From Antedon mediterranea (taxonomy: Eukaryota; Animalia; Echinodermata): a DNA stretch of 64,000 nucleotides. Both the position numbers and the translations under genes were made by a program. The number at the start of each line of letters is the position of its first letter. The first letter of the stretch is position 1. The notes under the pieces are model-generated. The model was given only the letters and a program-made list of their open reading frames with translations. It was not told the DNA's origin and ran no database searches. The stretch is taken from the NCBI RefSeq assembly GCF_964355755.1, contig NC_092672.1, positions 12,586,001 to 12,650,000 on the forward strand, read 5' to 3'. Below, one piece after another: positions 49,042 through 62,720 of this stretch.

Positions 49042-50454
49042 ATGGATATATTTATATTATTATTTTCGTGGGTAAGTGTCTTCTTAATAACTGTTTGTAA
49101 TGGCGCAAAAATCGGAGTACAACCGAACGATGTATCGGCAATTGAAGGAGACGAGGCGAAATTTATTTGTTTAGTGACTGATCTAGGAAATAATGAAGTG
49201 GTTTCTTGGATGAAAGACAATGTGAAGATAAGCACAGGCGAAACCCTTCTTATTTCTTTTGAAAAATACAAAATTGATGTTTCTAATGGTGTTTATACTC
49301 TTACAATTAAGAATGTTGTTAGTGACGATGGTGGTTTTGCATATGCCTGCCGAGTTTATAACGGCAACAATGTCATTTTAAAATCAGATGTTGCTCTTGT
49401 TGAAGTACAAGAAATCCCAGCCGATTACTACCCGCGATGTGAAATTTCGCCGTCGTTAAACTATCGCAGCGGCAGTATGGTGTCTGCCGTCTGTACTGCC
49501 GAGAAGACCCAACCCGTTGTAAGTCTTGCTTTAAAAAAAAATGGTGTTAATATTAACGGTGACTTGAGCATCTCACCAAATATGGTGACACTCAAACACA
49601 TATTTACCGCAAATGAAAATAATGATGGTGATGTATTCACGTGTGTTATGCGATCATCTGTTAAGAACTTACAGAGAAATTGTACAACATCACCGCTTAT
49701 TCACAACTATATTCCCATCGTTAACATACAAGGTTCTGAAGAAATGGATAAAGGCAGGGAAGCTATTTTTATTTGTACATCAAATGCAGTGCCGAAAGAA
49801 ACCGATTTCATTTGGTCTTTTAGTCGAGAAATAGACAGTAATCGTTACGATACAAGTTTTAAACAAATTTTAAAAATAACTGATCCGGAAGAAGATCTGG
49901 CTGGAACCGTGATAACATGTACAGTAAGAAACTCAATAGGAGAATCGTCAGATGAAATAACTATAGTTTCATTGAAAGTTATTAAAAACGGTGTCGTTAC
50001 AACCCCATCAACACCAACGAACTTAAATAATAGTCAGACTATTAAAACTGGTATACTAAGCCCACCAAGGGTAGGCACAAGTAGTGACCCTGACAAGTGG
50101 CATGAAAATATAGCAACTGTAGCCATAATTGCAGGGTTAGCTCTTATAATATTTCTTCTGCTAGCACTTTTACCTATTGTTTGCATAAAATATTTTCGGA
50201 AAAATTCAAATAGCGGTTACAGTCAGGCTAGAGCTGAAAGTGAGACATACGGGTTCAGTGATTCACGTGTTAGGCCTCAACCAATAATGATTCCTCTTCC
50301 AATAGAGGAAGAACCCCCTCAATGGACTAGAACAATAGGAACCCAGGTTACAGAGGAAGATGTAGCAGAGCCAGTAGTCGAGGTACCCACTACAGATCCA
50401 ATATATATTGAAATTCCCCCTGATCGCTATATATACTCATCTGCGTCCTTATGA
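49042..50454 (+). CDS. Single-exon type I membrane Ig-superfamily protein, 3 Ig domains, 470 aa; paralog of 44503-45810
   Basis: Signal peptide; FIC..W..YAC, AVC..FTC, FIC..W..ITC(TVRNSIG); Thr/Pro stalk; TM IATVAIIAGLALIIFLLLALLPIVCI. Shares EIP..YP.C, NxGDVFTC, R.C.TSPL and FIC.SN with the first gene. Confidence 0.93.
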   Translation: MDIFILLFSWVSVFLITVCNGAKIGVQPNDVSAIEGDEAKFICLVTDLGNNEVVSWMKDNVKISTGETLLISFEKYKIDVSNGVYTLTIKNVVSDDGGFAYACRVYNGNNVILKSDVALVEVQEIPADYYPRCEISPSLNYRSGSMVSAVCTAEKTQPVVSLALKKNGVNINGDLSISPNMVTLKHIFTANENNDGDVFTCVMRSSVKNLQRNCTTSPLIHNYIPIVNIQGSEEMDKGREAIFICTSNAVPKETDFIWSFSREIDSNRYDTSFKQILKITDPEEDLAGTVITCTVRNSIGESSDEITIVSLKVIKNGVVTTPSTPTNLNNSQTIKTGILSPPRVGTSSDPDKWHENIATVAIIAGLALIIFLLLALLPIVCIKYFRKNSNSGYSQARAESETYGFSDSRVRPQPIMIPLPIEEEPPQWTRTIGTQVTEEDVAEPVVEVPTTDPIYIEIPPDRYIYSSASL

Positions 50455-53324
50455 CTAGAACCGAACTTACTAGAGGCTCTGGAGGCAAAGGAAAATGTAG
50501 CCGAGCAAAATATATATGTATAATATAATTATTTTTGATATGCATAATAGTATTGTATGTATTTATAAATATTTTTATTCAAATCCGAATCTTTCATATT
50601 TATCTATTCTATAGATGTTACATTCGTATAGTTATCAATACATTATTCATTTAACCAATTCAATTATTTATTACAGTCGATTGAGTGTATACCTTCTCAT
50701 TACATTATGTTTATTTCGCCATATTTGTTCATTTATTTTAGTCTATTTACTGATTATGTTAAAATATATTATGATTTATGTAGGCCTACGTATGTTTTCC
50801 ACGGAATTTTTGTACATATTTTCTGTTTAGTTCATTCCTTTATTTTAACATAGACAGTTATTTCTAATTTTTTTTCAAATAATGTAGTTTAACTGGTATT
50901 CATGAATAATACTACAGTAATTTTTTCTCAACATTTTTTATCTCATCATGCATCTTTCCATGTCGTATTTATCGATGTTTCCTGAATAACTCTTTCATAA
51001 TATAAAGTTTCCATAATTCATAATAATCATGAATATTTAATAAATTAATTAATACAATGATTGATTATACATACTGCTATGTACGTAATTGCAGTATACA
51101 TTATTTTACAGTAACGAACTCTATTAGTAACAGGATTTCAATGAAACCTCCGTCCTGTCTACAGCATACCTCTGCTATTTACCAAGTAATGACCATGGTA
51201 TATAATCACATACGTATTACTATCTGTGGGTTTCTTTTTTTAAACTAATTAACATAATGTGTGTGGTAATCGACAAAAACAAAAAAACTGCCTTACGTGT
51301 GGATGTAGATAACGAGTTTAATATTGTAATTCCATTGCCAAATAAAATAATGTGTATCTATACATATGAGGAAGGGTAGTTTGCTATTACCTGTGCTACA
51401 ATTCTGATGTAAATAGACTTTGTAGATAATTGTAAAATGTTCTTTGTATTCATTGCTCCACTGGGAAAACAAACAAAGAAACGTTCGTGTAGCAGAGCAG
51501 TTCATAACTTAATTAAAATGCGTTCCTTGGTGTGTCTGTGAACAATCAATTGATTCTCCTATTCTATCATATTACTTGGATTTCTTTGTGATTAAATGAA
51601 TTTTTAAATGATGTTTATAAAACAAATTCTTGCATTGTTTTAAAAGTAAACACGTCAATTATCAATTGCTATCTTGCTGTCGATAATAACCAGTGACCAG
51701 TGTAATTAAAATAGGACATATTACGTAAGCTCTGTATGCAATATCACATTTTATGATGTACCCTTATTATAAGGATATCACTATTATATTTGGGCTCATC
51801 ACACTTTTTTCCAACTTGTTTGGTAGTGTGGATAGAGCTTAAGTAATAATGCTACCCATTATGCTTTATATTGCTGTAACAGTACAATATTGTAGGCTAT
51901 GTCTCTGATTAGTTGTTTTAATTTTGTATATCAGATCATTTGGATGTGTATCATCAAGTATGGAACAAAAGCAAACGTGTTCGTATACAAATCAGATACA
52001 TGTTATGTTAATACACTCTTATTAGGATTGTGTTAATATTGTGTGTACAGCATGGCAATCCGTAGAAAATACTCAATAGCCATTACATATAATTAATTAT
52101 TCCGTTCCTTTGTGTGTTCCATTCACATGACCTATGAACTCTCAGCAATGTATTATAGCTAAAACGCAATGCCGTCAGTGTAATGCTGGCGTTAGGGAAT
52201 ATTTTCACTGTAACACTTATGTAATAAACTGTAATATTTAATTGATACTATTATAAAACTCTGCCATCACATCTGTCATATATGTACGTATTAAACATTT
52301 ATTAGTTTATGGCGATTAATATTTATAGTCATATTTTTGGGTGTTTGAATGCAAAGTAACAGTACTGTCTTCCTTTACGCAAATAAATATTGATTATGCG
52401 ACCAGCAGCAGTTACAATCGTTTAAATTATACAATAACTAGCCGCCGAATATTTTATTTCGAAAATAATGTCATACGAGTTAATCATCGTGTCAAATTAT
52501 TATGTTGTATACGACTCTATTGTATCAGAACAAAGAAAGTAAATAGAATAGAACAATTAATACAATATAATTATGGTTGGTATTTTACTAGCTAAGGCTA
52601 AATCAACTTTTTAAAATTATTAAGCTTGAGGACAAATATTAATAACTTATACCATGGAGGAAAAAATATTTATTTTTTCCTCCATGCTTATACTTTATAA
52701 TTATCATTCTGATGATGTCATCATTATGTTAAAATATTTAATCCGCGATGAGGATGTTAACATATTGACGTATGTGTATATTACTTACTATAATAACGGT
52801 TATGTACAGTACTGTAAATTATTCAAACACTTATTCTGAGCGTTGTTAATAGACATGCGCGCTCATAAGATACTTCATGCTTGTGTAATAACTAGTGAGT
52901 TTACAATGGTTTGCATGTTAATTGACATGTAAGTAAATATTAAAATAGACTCATGTAAAAATTAAAAAAACACTCTTAGGCATATTATGTTATTATTTTT
53001 AATGGTTTAGGTTCAACAATGACTTATTGAAGAAACATATGATGGAATGTAAACACAATAAGCAACGCAATGTTGAATATTTTCCCGAGCTTTTGTAAAT
53101 AAAAAGATAAGCACCTTATTAAATACTATTGATACATTTTAAAGTGTGATATACTAATATTAATATTGTTATTGAGTGGATATAGCAAATGACAATGCCT
53201 ATTTCGAGATTGTTACTGTAGCCTATATACCATTTAGGCCACACAGTTTGAGACAAAGGGTTAGACAACAAGCTTTAACATGATGACGTATTTTGCAACG
53301 CTATTAAAGGAGCATATTTATTAT

Positions 53325-53790
53325 TATCAAGGTATCATTATAATTGTTTATTACAAATCAATAATGATAATGATGACAATGAAAAACGTTATCATCATGA
53401 TAAGTAAAATATAATAATCTTCACATCCAAATATCACCATCATCATCATTATCATCATCATCAACGTCGTCGTCATCACCACCATCATCACCGTCATCGA
53501 CATCATCATACATACATCAAGGTATCTTTATAACTGTTTATTATTAGTAGTTTTCTTTGATTAGTTAATTATTAATATATGATAATGATGAATGAGAAAC
53601 GTTATCATCATGCTAATTATAATATATTAATCTTCACATGAAAACATCATCGTCGTCGTCATCATAATCATCATCATCACCACCAACATCATAATTATCA
53701 TCATCGTTCGTCGCCGTCTCGTCATCACCGTCATCAAAATCGTTATCACCGTCGTCATCATCCCTCCACTCATCATAATCAACATCATCA
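53325..53790. repeat. (CAT/CGT)n microsatellite within a ~190-bp tandem duplication
   Basis: atcaaggtatc..ttataa..gtttatt...aaacgttatcatcatg occurs twice, each time followed by degenerate CAT runs. Confidence 0.8.
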
Positions 53791-56700
53791 AATTAGCCTA
53801 TATTAACAATAATTATATTCACCCAAAATAAAATGAGAAAAAAAATGATGATAAAGTGGATATTAATATAAATCTGAACACACACTTTAAATAACTTTTA
53901 GAAACAATAAGGCACATTCCTTCAATTCTCTAAACATTACTGTTTTGATTTTTCATTAATTTTATAACTAGGCCTACATTATTTAAAATAAATGATAATA
54001 CATTTTCATTTTATTATTCATTATTCATGTGTTTCAATATGTATGAACTATGCTGTTAATGTATGTTGCCAACCATTATGACGGGTCGTTTAGGTCATGA
54101 CACAAGTAACAATCGGTGTTAGTATTTACGTGTATGTTCAATAGTAACGATATTTCTACTCTTAAAATAGTGTTTAAAATATCTAAATGAAAAAATCTTT
54201 CGTACACGGCCTTACAACATCATTGGAGATGTTTTGTTATGTTAGTAGGCTAAAGGCATTAATCAACCTTTTTACTGGTAGCTTGAACGTACAGGTCGGG
54301 GTGCAGGTTCATAATTGCCTCGCTAACGCTACCGTGCCAAACGGTAACGGCTTTACACCATTTTATTCATACCGTATTATAATAACCCTCACCCATCACC
54401 TCCATTTACACATGTAAAACGCTCTGAATAAATTACATAAGGAAACACTTTAAAATAGTGTTGAAATACTAAACATATTCCAATGTGTATCACTAAGGAA
54501 AACATGTCATTTGTTTATGAAGAATGCACGTTTCAAATGTTTCCCATACATAATGGAGTGAAATGAACTGTATTGTTTATTTAATGAATTGTTTAGAATA
54601 ACCTAAAGAAAGAGAACAAAGAAAATGGTTGAATCCTCTTTACCAGCATCTCAGGGCCCGTTTCACAATGAGTCATGTGATAAAATTATAGTATAAGCTG
54701 TCACACCCATAATGTATAAGAAGAAATTTACATCGATCATATCCTTTAAACAAACATGTGACAATATTTTATATTATCTAAACAATAAGTGTTTCTGTGC
54801 GTATTTCGATTCAAATGTTTTGTATGTTAATGTGTTCAGTACACCAATGGCAAAGCATCTAATAAATATAACGCCTGTATCATCCGCTTACGCCCAACCT
54901 CACCCGACCCTTCTCCTGCCTTTATGTTATATACAGATTCAGCATCTGTATGCATATTACATCATTTTGAATAAACAGATAATGCCACATGCAGTGTGAT
55001 ACCGAGATTAGTGGGATCTGTGTAGCAATTTGGCATCAGTAGTGTGATTGATTGATTAAATTTTGCACTAGAAACAAACGTAATATCACAATATAGTCAG
55101 TTTTGCAGAATATACATTTTCTATTGCAGCATGGTTGTAAGAACTAAATACGTTTCTCTTAAATATTATAGGAAACCTATAAAATGTATTGCAATGAATG
55201 GTTGGTTCAGTTCCCATTCGTTCTTTCTCATATTGCTTATTCATGCACAGCTAAGCGGTCATTTTTGTTGGACCAAACACGTATTGAAAACTCCCATAAT
55301 GCATAATTCAGCTAGTAACCAGCGCAAAGTTGTGTCTTGATAACGATAACATTGATCAACATCACGTCACATAGGACAAAAAATATCATTTTGTTGTAAT
55401 TATTGTAAAACATCAGTTCCAATTGATGAACAATTTTATTTAGATAAGACACATTATTATCATGATTATTGTTGCAAACTTGCTCCTTATAATACAATGG
55501 TGGTAAAACATCAGTTCAGTTCATCTAAAATTCTCGGTATCTCATTATTAAACTTGAATTGAGATACATTATTTAATATCATTATCAATATCATGACAAT
55601 TTACAACTCCACTCCCAAAGACTTAATAATAAGTCTTTGTCTATGTAGAGCATCTTGTGTATATGTTTGTCTTATATGTTCTAGTGCAGTATATGGAGAG
55701 CCATCTCGATAGTGCTTTGCACTCATGGCAATCCTCAGGGTGCTGCACCGCTGTGTTGTCATGTATGTTTGCCTGAAAATTAAATAAAATAAAAATAAAA
55801 ATAAATAAATAATATTCTTTAATTAATTCTTACTAGAAATAATAATAAATATTAATGTTAACGCATATACTAGTGGTTACACAACCAAATTCATTGAATG
55901 ATAATTATTTTTTCACGAATAAAATAACAGTGATGTTTCGGTAAACACACATGGTTACTCATAAAATGTCCAGCCATGACTTGATCGTCGTTCAATTATT
56001 ATTTAAATAAACTGAATGAAAATCAAATGTTTATACGTAAGCTATACGCATTGTGTAAACCTTTAAAATCCAGGTAAGCGCGTCTACATAAATTATGTTG
56101 ATTATACTGTACGTTCAGTTTAGACGAACGAGAAGCACAATTACGTGTACAGCAGTTATTATAGGCATTTACAGCAACAGATGCCCTGCGCGTATAGCCT
56201 ACAGACTCAAAATGACTTGAATATTATAATACACTACACTCTAGAAGGACGCTAATGTCTTTAAAATTAAAGTGATGTGATGTAAACGTGGTGAGTAAAT
56301 GCATAAGAGAATAAATAATCCAACCAAATTGAATAATATACAAATTCAATAAATCAAAATGTTTATAATTATCTACAACTATAAAGAATATTAAAAACTT
56401 CCATATATTTTGTTTACAGTAAAATAAATCTATAAATGAATGTATTCAATTAATTTTGAGTAAACACGTGAGGTAACATGTAATGTATGGACAAAATCAT
56501 AATTCAAAATATATTGAAATGAAATATAAATAATATTAAAGCATATTTGTTGACACTATTTTAAAGTAAACATTTAAACCTGAAAGCAGAGTAATTAGTT
56601 ATAACTGGTAACAATGTATTACAGTTATCCTGTACATGTATTTGTTGTTGTTGTTGTTGTTGTCTTTATATCTACTAATGCGAGGAAAGTCTGCTATGAA

Positions 56701-57091
56701 TTTATATAAGAACTATTTTGATCTGAATTTATCATAACATATAGAGTCCACTGCAGTATCAGTAGAACTAAGTGTCATCAATATCTACATTGTTATCATA
56801 ATCCGATAATAATTAGTATGTAGATTAGCATAATTAGCATAATATTATAAAATTATATAATTAGTATTAATATAATAATTATGTCATACCGTCGTTTATG
56901 GCGGTAAGACGTCGTAGACAATTTGGAACGCTATGCAAAATTATAATTATCGTCAAAAATAGTGCAACAATAAACCAATTCAGATCATATGTAATGAGAA
57001 TATGGTCTGCGCACAACTTACGTACCGCCCATATTTCGTAAGAATGTGAGTGAGTGGTTTTCTCAACCGTAGACGGGTCTGCGATTTTTTG

Positions 57092-57404
57092 TTCGTACAC
57101 AATTTGGGGACCCTTTATGTGAAAGATAGCCGAACTACTTCCTAAATATAACTACACCTAACCCTCTAAATAATCTCTATCTCACTATAAAGTAACACGA
57201 AGTTGCACATGGGGTTCGAACCCCATGCATCAACATGTAAAGTCCATAGTCTAATCCACTTGAATTCACAGACGGCATGACAAAAATTCGTTTGCATTAA
57301 CGAATTATAATTAGCTCAATTCTTACGTCACACCTTTATGAATAATGAATATTCATGCATATGTTGTGACGTTTCAGGAGGGGTCCCATACTTATGTACG
57401 AAAA
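57092..57404. mobile_element. Second, more degenerate copy of the 38893-39348 MITE
   Basis: Shares gtgaaagatagccgaactacttcctaaatataact and the terminal repeats; lacks the ~150 bp insert of copy 1. Confidence 0.75.
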
Positions 57405-57819
57405 GAAATACCGCGGCCGGTCTCATCCTCAAACACTTACAATTACAATCCTCTCTCCCCGAAATGTACATACGTCTCATCATTGAACAACGAAAACAAC
57501 AATGTACCTTCAAACAGAAAACAAAACAACACAAAGCAAAATCAAAACATAAACATTCTTAGACAACATAACTAATATTTGACAATCTTTATGATTAATT
57601 TCTATTATTATTTTATTATGATAAATAACAAATAAAGCATTTCATTATTAAAATTAGCCATACACTAATCATAACACATTCAAATTAATTTTAACATTCA
57701 TGAATATTTAATGTTTGGATTTTTGACTGACCTGGGAAAACTACGCGAGCGTTTACGGTACTCGTAATAAACAATGAACTCTGCATAAACTCGTTTTTAT
57801 CACGTGGTAACGGAATCAA

Positions 57820-58000
57820 TAATTGTCACTGTATTGACAACGTTATTATTTCCGTTTTTCTTTCATTTCTTTATTTTAAGTGGCATGGGTTAAAACACAT
57901 ACCGATTAAAATATTGCTTAATAGGGTACTTTTGTTGATATTTTCCGGTAGGCCTTTCACTTCTACTTCCTCTAACCACAAATGAGTAAGGCTTTCTGAA
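57820..58000. repeat. Dispersed direct repeat, partner about 60600-60775
   Basis: tcactgtat..caacgttattattt..aaacacataccgatta..gatattttccggtaggcctttcact..ctctaacca in both. Confidence 0.75.
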
Positions 58001-58397
58001 TATCAACTGATATAAATCTGATAAGAAAGTACTTTTTTTAGTACACCTCACTGTGTCGGTCGGTTGGTCGGATGGTCTGTCGGTCGGTAAACACTAACTC
58101 AAATGTGAGCACGCAACTGCAGCCATGTATATAGCCTTGTTTCAAGAAATAATGGAAACTATTGGATAGACAGTTATTAGATGCCGATACTGCAGACATT
58201 TCGTTTCGTGGAAATAATATGTGTTATGTGTCCTATTTTGAGCACTGACATTGCTTGCTTGCTTGCTTTGCTACGCTGTATTTAATGAATGCATGCACTA
58301 CTACTCCATCATTGAAACGTAATGTTACAGTGCTTCAAGATACCTTATAATAATAAATTAATAAATTATAATCTATAATCAATATTTTGAGTATACT

Positions 58398-58910
58398 AAT
58401 CATACTGTAAATGATAGAAACAGTGCTCATATTCGGAACATGATCTCAAAATCGCGTCGAGCATAGCTCATTGGCGAAAGTTCCGTATTTTTTAGCTGTA
58501 TGAAAAAATGTCTCTGGCGGGTTTCGATACTGCAACCTCTCCCTTACAGGGCGAGTATCATACCACTAGACCACAGAGCCATCATGGTATTTTCACAGAT
58601 TTTCACCCACCACATACATTCTCTCATACAACAAACGCCCTCACAATCAGTGGAGGCTTAACAAGTCAGAATAAATTCCAACTTTAATTCGCAACGGTTT
58701 TTAAAATAATATTGTGTATATGTAAATCAATTGTGTTACGTAGCACTGTGTAAATTATATATAAATCATACTGTAAATTATAGAAACAGTGCTCATATTC
58801 GGAACATGATCTCATAATCGCGTCGAGGATAGCTCATTGGCGAAAGTTCGGTATTTTTTTGTTGTATGAAAAAAAATGTCTCTGGCGGGATTCGAACCTG
58901 CAACCTTTCG
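58398..58910 (-). mobile_element. tRNA-derived SINE-like repeat, two tandem copies (58398-58580 and 58765-58910)
   Basis: Minus strand GGCTCTGTGGTCTAGTGGTATGATACTCG...GTATCGAAACC has A/B-box-like motifs but broken stems. The second copy keeps GGTTCGAATCC. Confidence 0.6.
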
Positions 58911-59004
58911 CTAGCCTATTAGTGCTACAGTACCACCTATACCATTAGCACATATTGTCAAGTAAAGGCATCCCAACCATGTTTGAGTATTACACTTTGT
59001 AATT

Positions 59005-60470
59005 GTGTTTTTGTAAAAAAATATAAAATATGCACATTTTAAACAAAATTAGCATCATAATTACAGATTTTTAATACAAGTTGGGTAGCAATGGATAGAA
59101 TATTTTATGGGCTTCATTTGATACCAAATAATTATTTAATATTATAAATAAACCAAAATAAATGTGGACATTTATTTTGGTTTATTTATAATATTAAATA
59201 ATTCAAGTGTTTGGAATATCTTGGTAAATTTACCAAGCATTTTGAACCAATTTTTATTGTTTTATCACTTTTAGATATTAATTATGTTGTATTTTTTTAG
59301 TCGCGTGAACGCGACTCTATAGTTCACTATGTCGGTCGGTCGGTCTGTCGGTCTGTCTGTCGGTCCGGTATCACTATGCATTGTAGCACGCGACTTAATG
59401 GCTGTTGGCCTAGTTATATCTAGGCTTAAGGGTAGTCTAGATCAAATTATCCTATAACAGTTGAGATATTCTTTCCTAAATTAAATTCATACAAATCTGA
59501 CTCAGGTCCTAGACTATTATGACATTAATTTTAACTAAAAATATTATTCATATTGGGTGTTACTTTGTCGAATATGGTACATTTATTGGTGGACATCTTG
59601 GATTTGACACCCTTAAGCTTTTTTAGAAAAATTGCAACATCTTTTTTTTTTTACTTTACAACTTAGAGAAACTAAATAAGCTGGAATTTTGCTTTTAACA
59701 AAAAATGACACACAATTACATACACTTGAATTATTTAATATTATAAATAAACCAAAATAAATTTCCACTATTTAATATACTCATTTTTGTAAAAAAATAA
59801 TAAAATATGCACATTTTTAACAAAATTAGCATCATAATTACAGATTTTTAATTCAAGTTGGGTAGCAATGGATAGAATATTTTATGGGCTTTCATTTGAT
59901 ACCAAATAGTTTTTCCAAACACTTAAATTATTTAATATTATAAAAATAAACATAACAATAATGCTACCAAATATTCATTTTTTCTATAAAAGTAATCAAA
60001 ATATGCACATTTTCCATACAATTAGCTTCATAATTAAATATTTTCAATACAAGTTGGGTAGCAGTGGGTAGCACATTATGTATGCTTTCATTTGATACCA
60101 TACAGTTTGTCCATTGGCATTTTAAAGAATAATTTAACCCGAAAATGTGTTTTTTGGTCATTTTTGGGTCAAAAGTTAGTAAAAGCATTTCCGGTCATTT
60201 TTTTGCAAAAACTTGTGTTAGACCGAATATAAATATTTTTATTCTGAACAATTTGACACCAAAACCAAATCTGTACGACAAGTGGTTGTCGAGATATAAG
60301 AACCACCCATTGTTAACGTTTGACCCCGGTTTTGGGCATGTTCGCCCCGGATAGAAAATTTGGCACATATCCCATGTTGTTCCTTGGGGTCAAATTATCC
60401 TATAACAGTTGAGATAATCTCTCCTAAATTAAATACATACAAATCTGACCCAGGTCCTAAACTGTTACTA
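59005..60470. repeat. Rearranged internal repeats, probably a non-autonomous DNA transposon
   Basis: aaaatatgcacatttt...caagttgggtagca...ttcatttgatacca occurs three times (~59025, ~59800, ~60000); tcaaattatcctataacagttgagata occurs twice (~59442, ~60390). Confidence 0.65.
59297..59415 (+). mobile_element. Short DINE/HINE-like element
   Basis: tttagtcgcgtgaacgcgact ... (GTCG/GTCT)n ... cacgcgact ... ggctgttggcc. Confidence 0.7.
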
Positions 60471-62132
60471 CTGTACAGCGAAAATAGCATCACGCTGCGG
60501 AAGGCATGATGGGATGCGATAAGGGAAGGGTGCCGCCATGCAATCGTGTGTACATTCTTGTAATTAAGTACCAAAAAAAAAAACTAAACATTTAAATATT
60601 CAATAATCACTGTATCGGCAACGTTATTATTTTCGTTTTTCTTTATTTTAAGTGCCATTGCTTTAAACACATACCGATTAGAATATTCCATAATTGGATA
60701 ATTTTGCAGATATTTTCCGGTAGGCCTTTCACTACTTCCTCTAACCAATACGTAGGCCTAAGGCTTTCTGAACATCGGATAAAATACTTGATTTTACAGA
60801 CGTATTTTGGTTTCTATGGAGGGCCAAAAGATAAATAATATAACACACCACATACAAAAATAAAGAATTGATACATTCAATAAAAATGAAATTTAAATAC
60901 ATTTAAGTGTGAGGCCAGGCGTACATGATGTCACGTGTAATGACCTAGTTTCATGACGGCGTTTGCAATCTCAAAATATCAGAGTAACCAATCTTCTGAT
61001 CTTTGACTACTAGCGTTTAAATACGATTACATAATAAGAACAAATAATTGAAAATATTTTTAGATTAAATATCGGTTAATTAATACATGTTTGATGTTTA
61101 TAAACAAAAATGAAAAGACAAATTTATTGTAGGCTGGCTATTTATATTGTTAGTGTTTTTCTTTGGCTAGGTGTACCTTTACGCGTATGTGATATGAAAT
61201 GTTGATCAGTCAGCTGTTGATTTTGTACACATGTTTTTTTCAATAATTTAAAATTAATACCTAAAATAAATTCAGGTCAATATAAAATCAGGTAAAAGGG
61301 AAATTATCACTCTTCTCTTGTAAAACAAATCTTTAGACATTGTTACCAACTTGTGTTCAGTTAATGTACACGTAATTTAAGAAAAATAAATAAAATTAAA
61401 AAACCACAGTAGCATAGCAACGATGTTTCATTTAACCAGCAACATCATAATCAGGATATAACCTATTGGGGTAGTCAAACTGTAGCGAAAATGCAGAAAA
61501 CTACGTTGCTTAAAATATAATACATTAGACTATAATGTCCAGTATCATTTTGATTTGCTTATTTATGGTTGTTTGTCGTAACATTATTCTTGTTTAGACT
61601 TAACTGGAAATAAAAGCTGGATGCCGCCCTCTTCAAATTTACTTTGTAGTAACAATGTATCAGCCGCTGTTAGAGGTCGCAAAAGAGATGAGCATTCGTT
61701 AGAAAAAGAGAGAAAGGTAAAGCATCTGGAAACATTTCTATAAGTTGCTATTTAAGACAAACTTAATTACGGATTGCACTCTATATCGCGAATTTGATTT
61801 GCTAGCGTTTGAACAAGGTAATATATAATATTATTACAAAAAGTCATTCGGATCCAGAATATATAATATTATTTAAAAAAAATCATTGTTTGATCTTATC
61901 GCCGTATTCTTAAACCAAACTTTAGTCGTAGTTCGAGATAACACTTATTACGTCATTTAAATTCTTGAACCGAACTTCAACTAAAATATGTGACTAAATC
62001 AAAACAGATTCTGATAATTTTTTTAATCCTCGAAAGACAAGCTAAATCGCCGACTAATAGGCCTATATTAAACTTTCAAGTTAAAAGCACACTAGTAGAA
62101 TTAGCATATATGCAGACTGCACGTTTAACACT

Positions 62133-62720
62133 TTAGTTACGTAATAATGTTTTGTGTCGGTAGGAGTACAAACAGTTTATTATGTCTGATGATAGTTCAG
62201 TGTGACATCTAGTTTCTCTTTAAGGCAGATGTTTCATTTTTTTTCTTGCACTACTGATGTCTTTGAATATCCAAAATGCTGGCTAAGTTCATTGGAGTTC
62301 ACAGAGCAACTATGCCGGAAAGCATGGTTTCAGTACCATCTTACAATCATTCATTTTGAGTGACTCCGATACAAATTTGAGTGGTGAATTTTTCTTTGTC
62401 TGTAACTGTGACCTGTTATATATTATGTATATTAGAGTAGGCCTACTGCATGCGTTTTACGTTAAATGGAATTGTCTTTTTGTCGGCAGTTCACGTTTTA
62501 CTCCCGCTGAGGATCGTTAGAGTGGATCAAGTAGATACTGTCTGTTATTCATACAGTTGTAAATGATCTTATTTATTTCGCTATCCTTCGGAAAGTTTCT
62601 GTCTACTAGTAATAGGAATACATATAATGTTGAACTGTGGATTGTACCAGAGGCCGATGCCATTTCGGTTGTGTGTGGGTGTGTAATTGGTATTACCGCT
62701 GTTGCGTCCAATCTGTCATT
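62133..62720 (-). mobile_element. Highly degenerate Penelope-like element (linker + GIY-YIG region)
   Basis: Fragments LWYNPQFN, FLLLVDRNFPKDSEINKII.NCMNN, NCRQKD, ELSQH, NICLKEKL, YRHKTLLRN* follow the order of the PLE consensus WFNPPF, FL.LIDKHFP, SYSCM.N, CNCR, C.LCL.EK, CRH. Confidence 0.65.

Noticed and set aside
50615-57100. Many 60-95 aa ORFs in the AT-rich region
   Set aside because: Compositionally random, with no domain motifs or consistent splice chain.
58510-58580. Functional tRNA gene
   Set aside because: Anticodon and T stems are mispaired, the B box is mutated and the flank is repeated, so it is a SINE-like relic.
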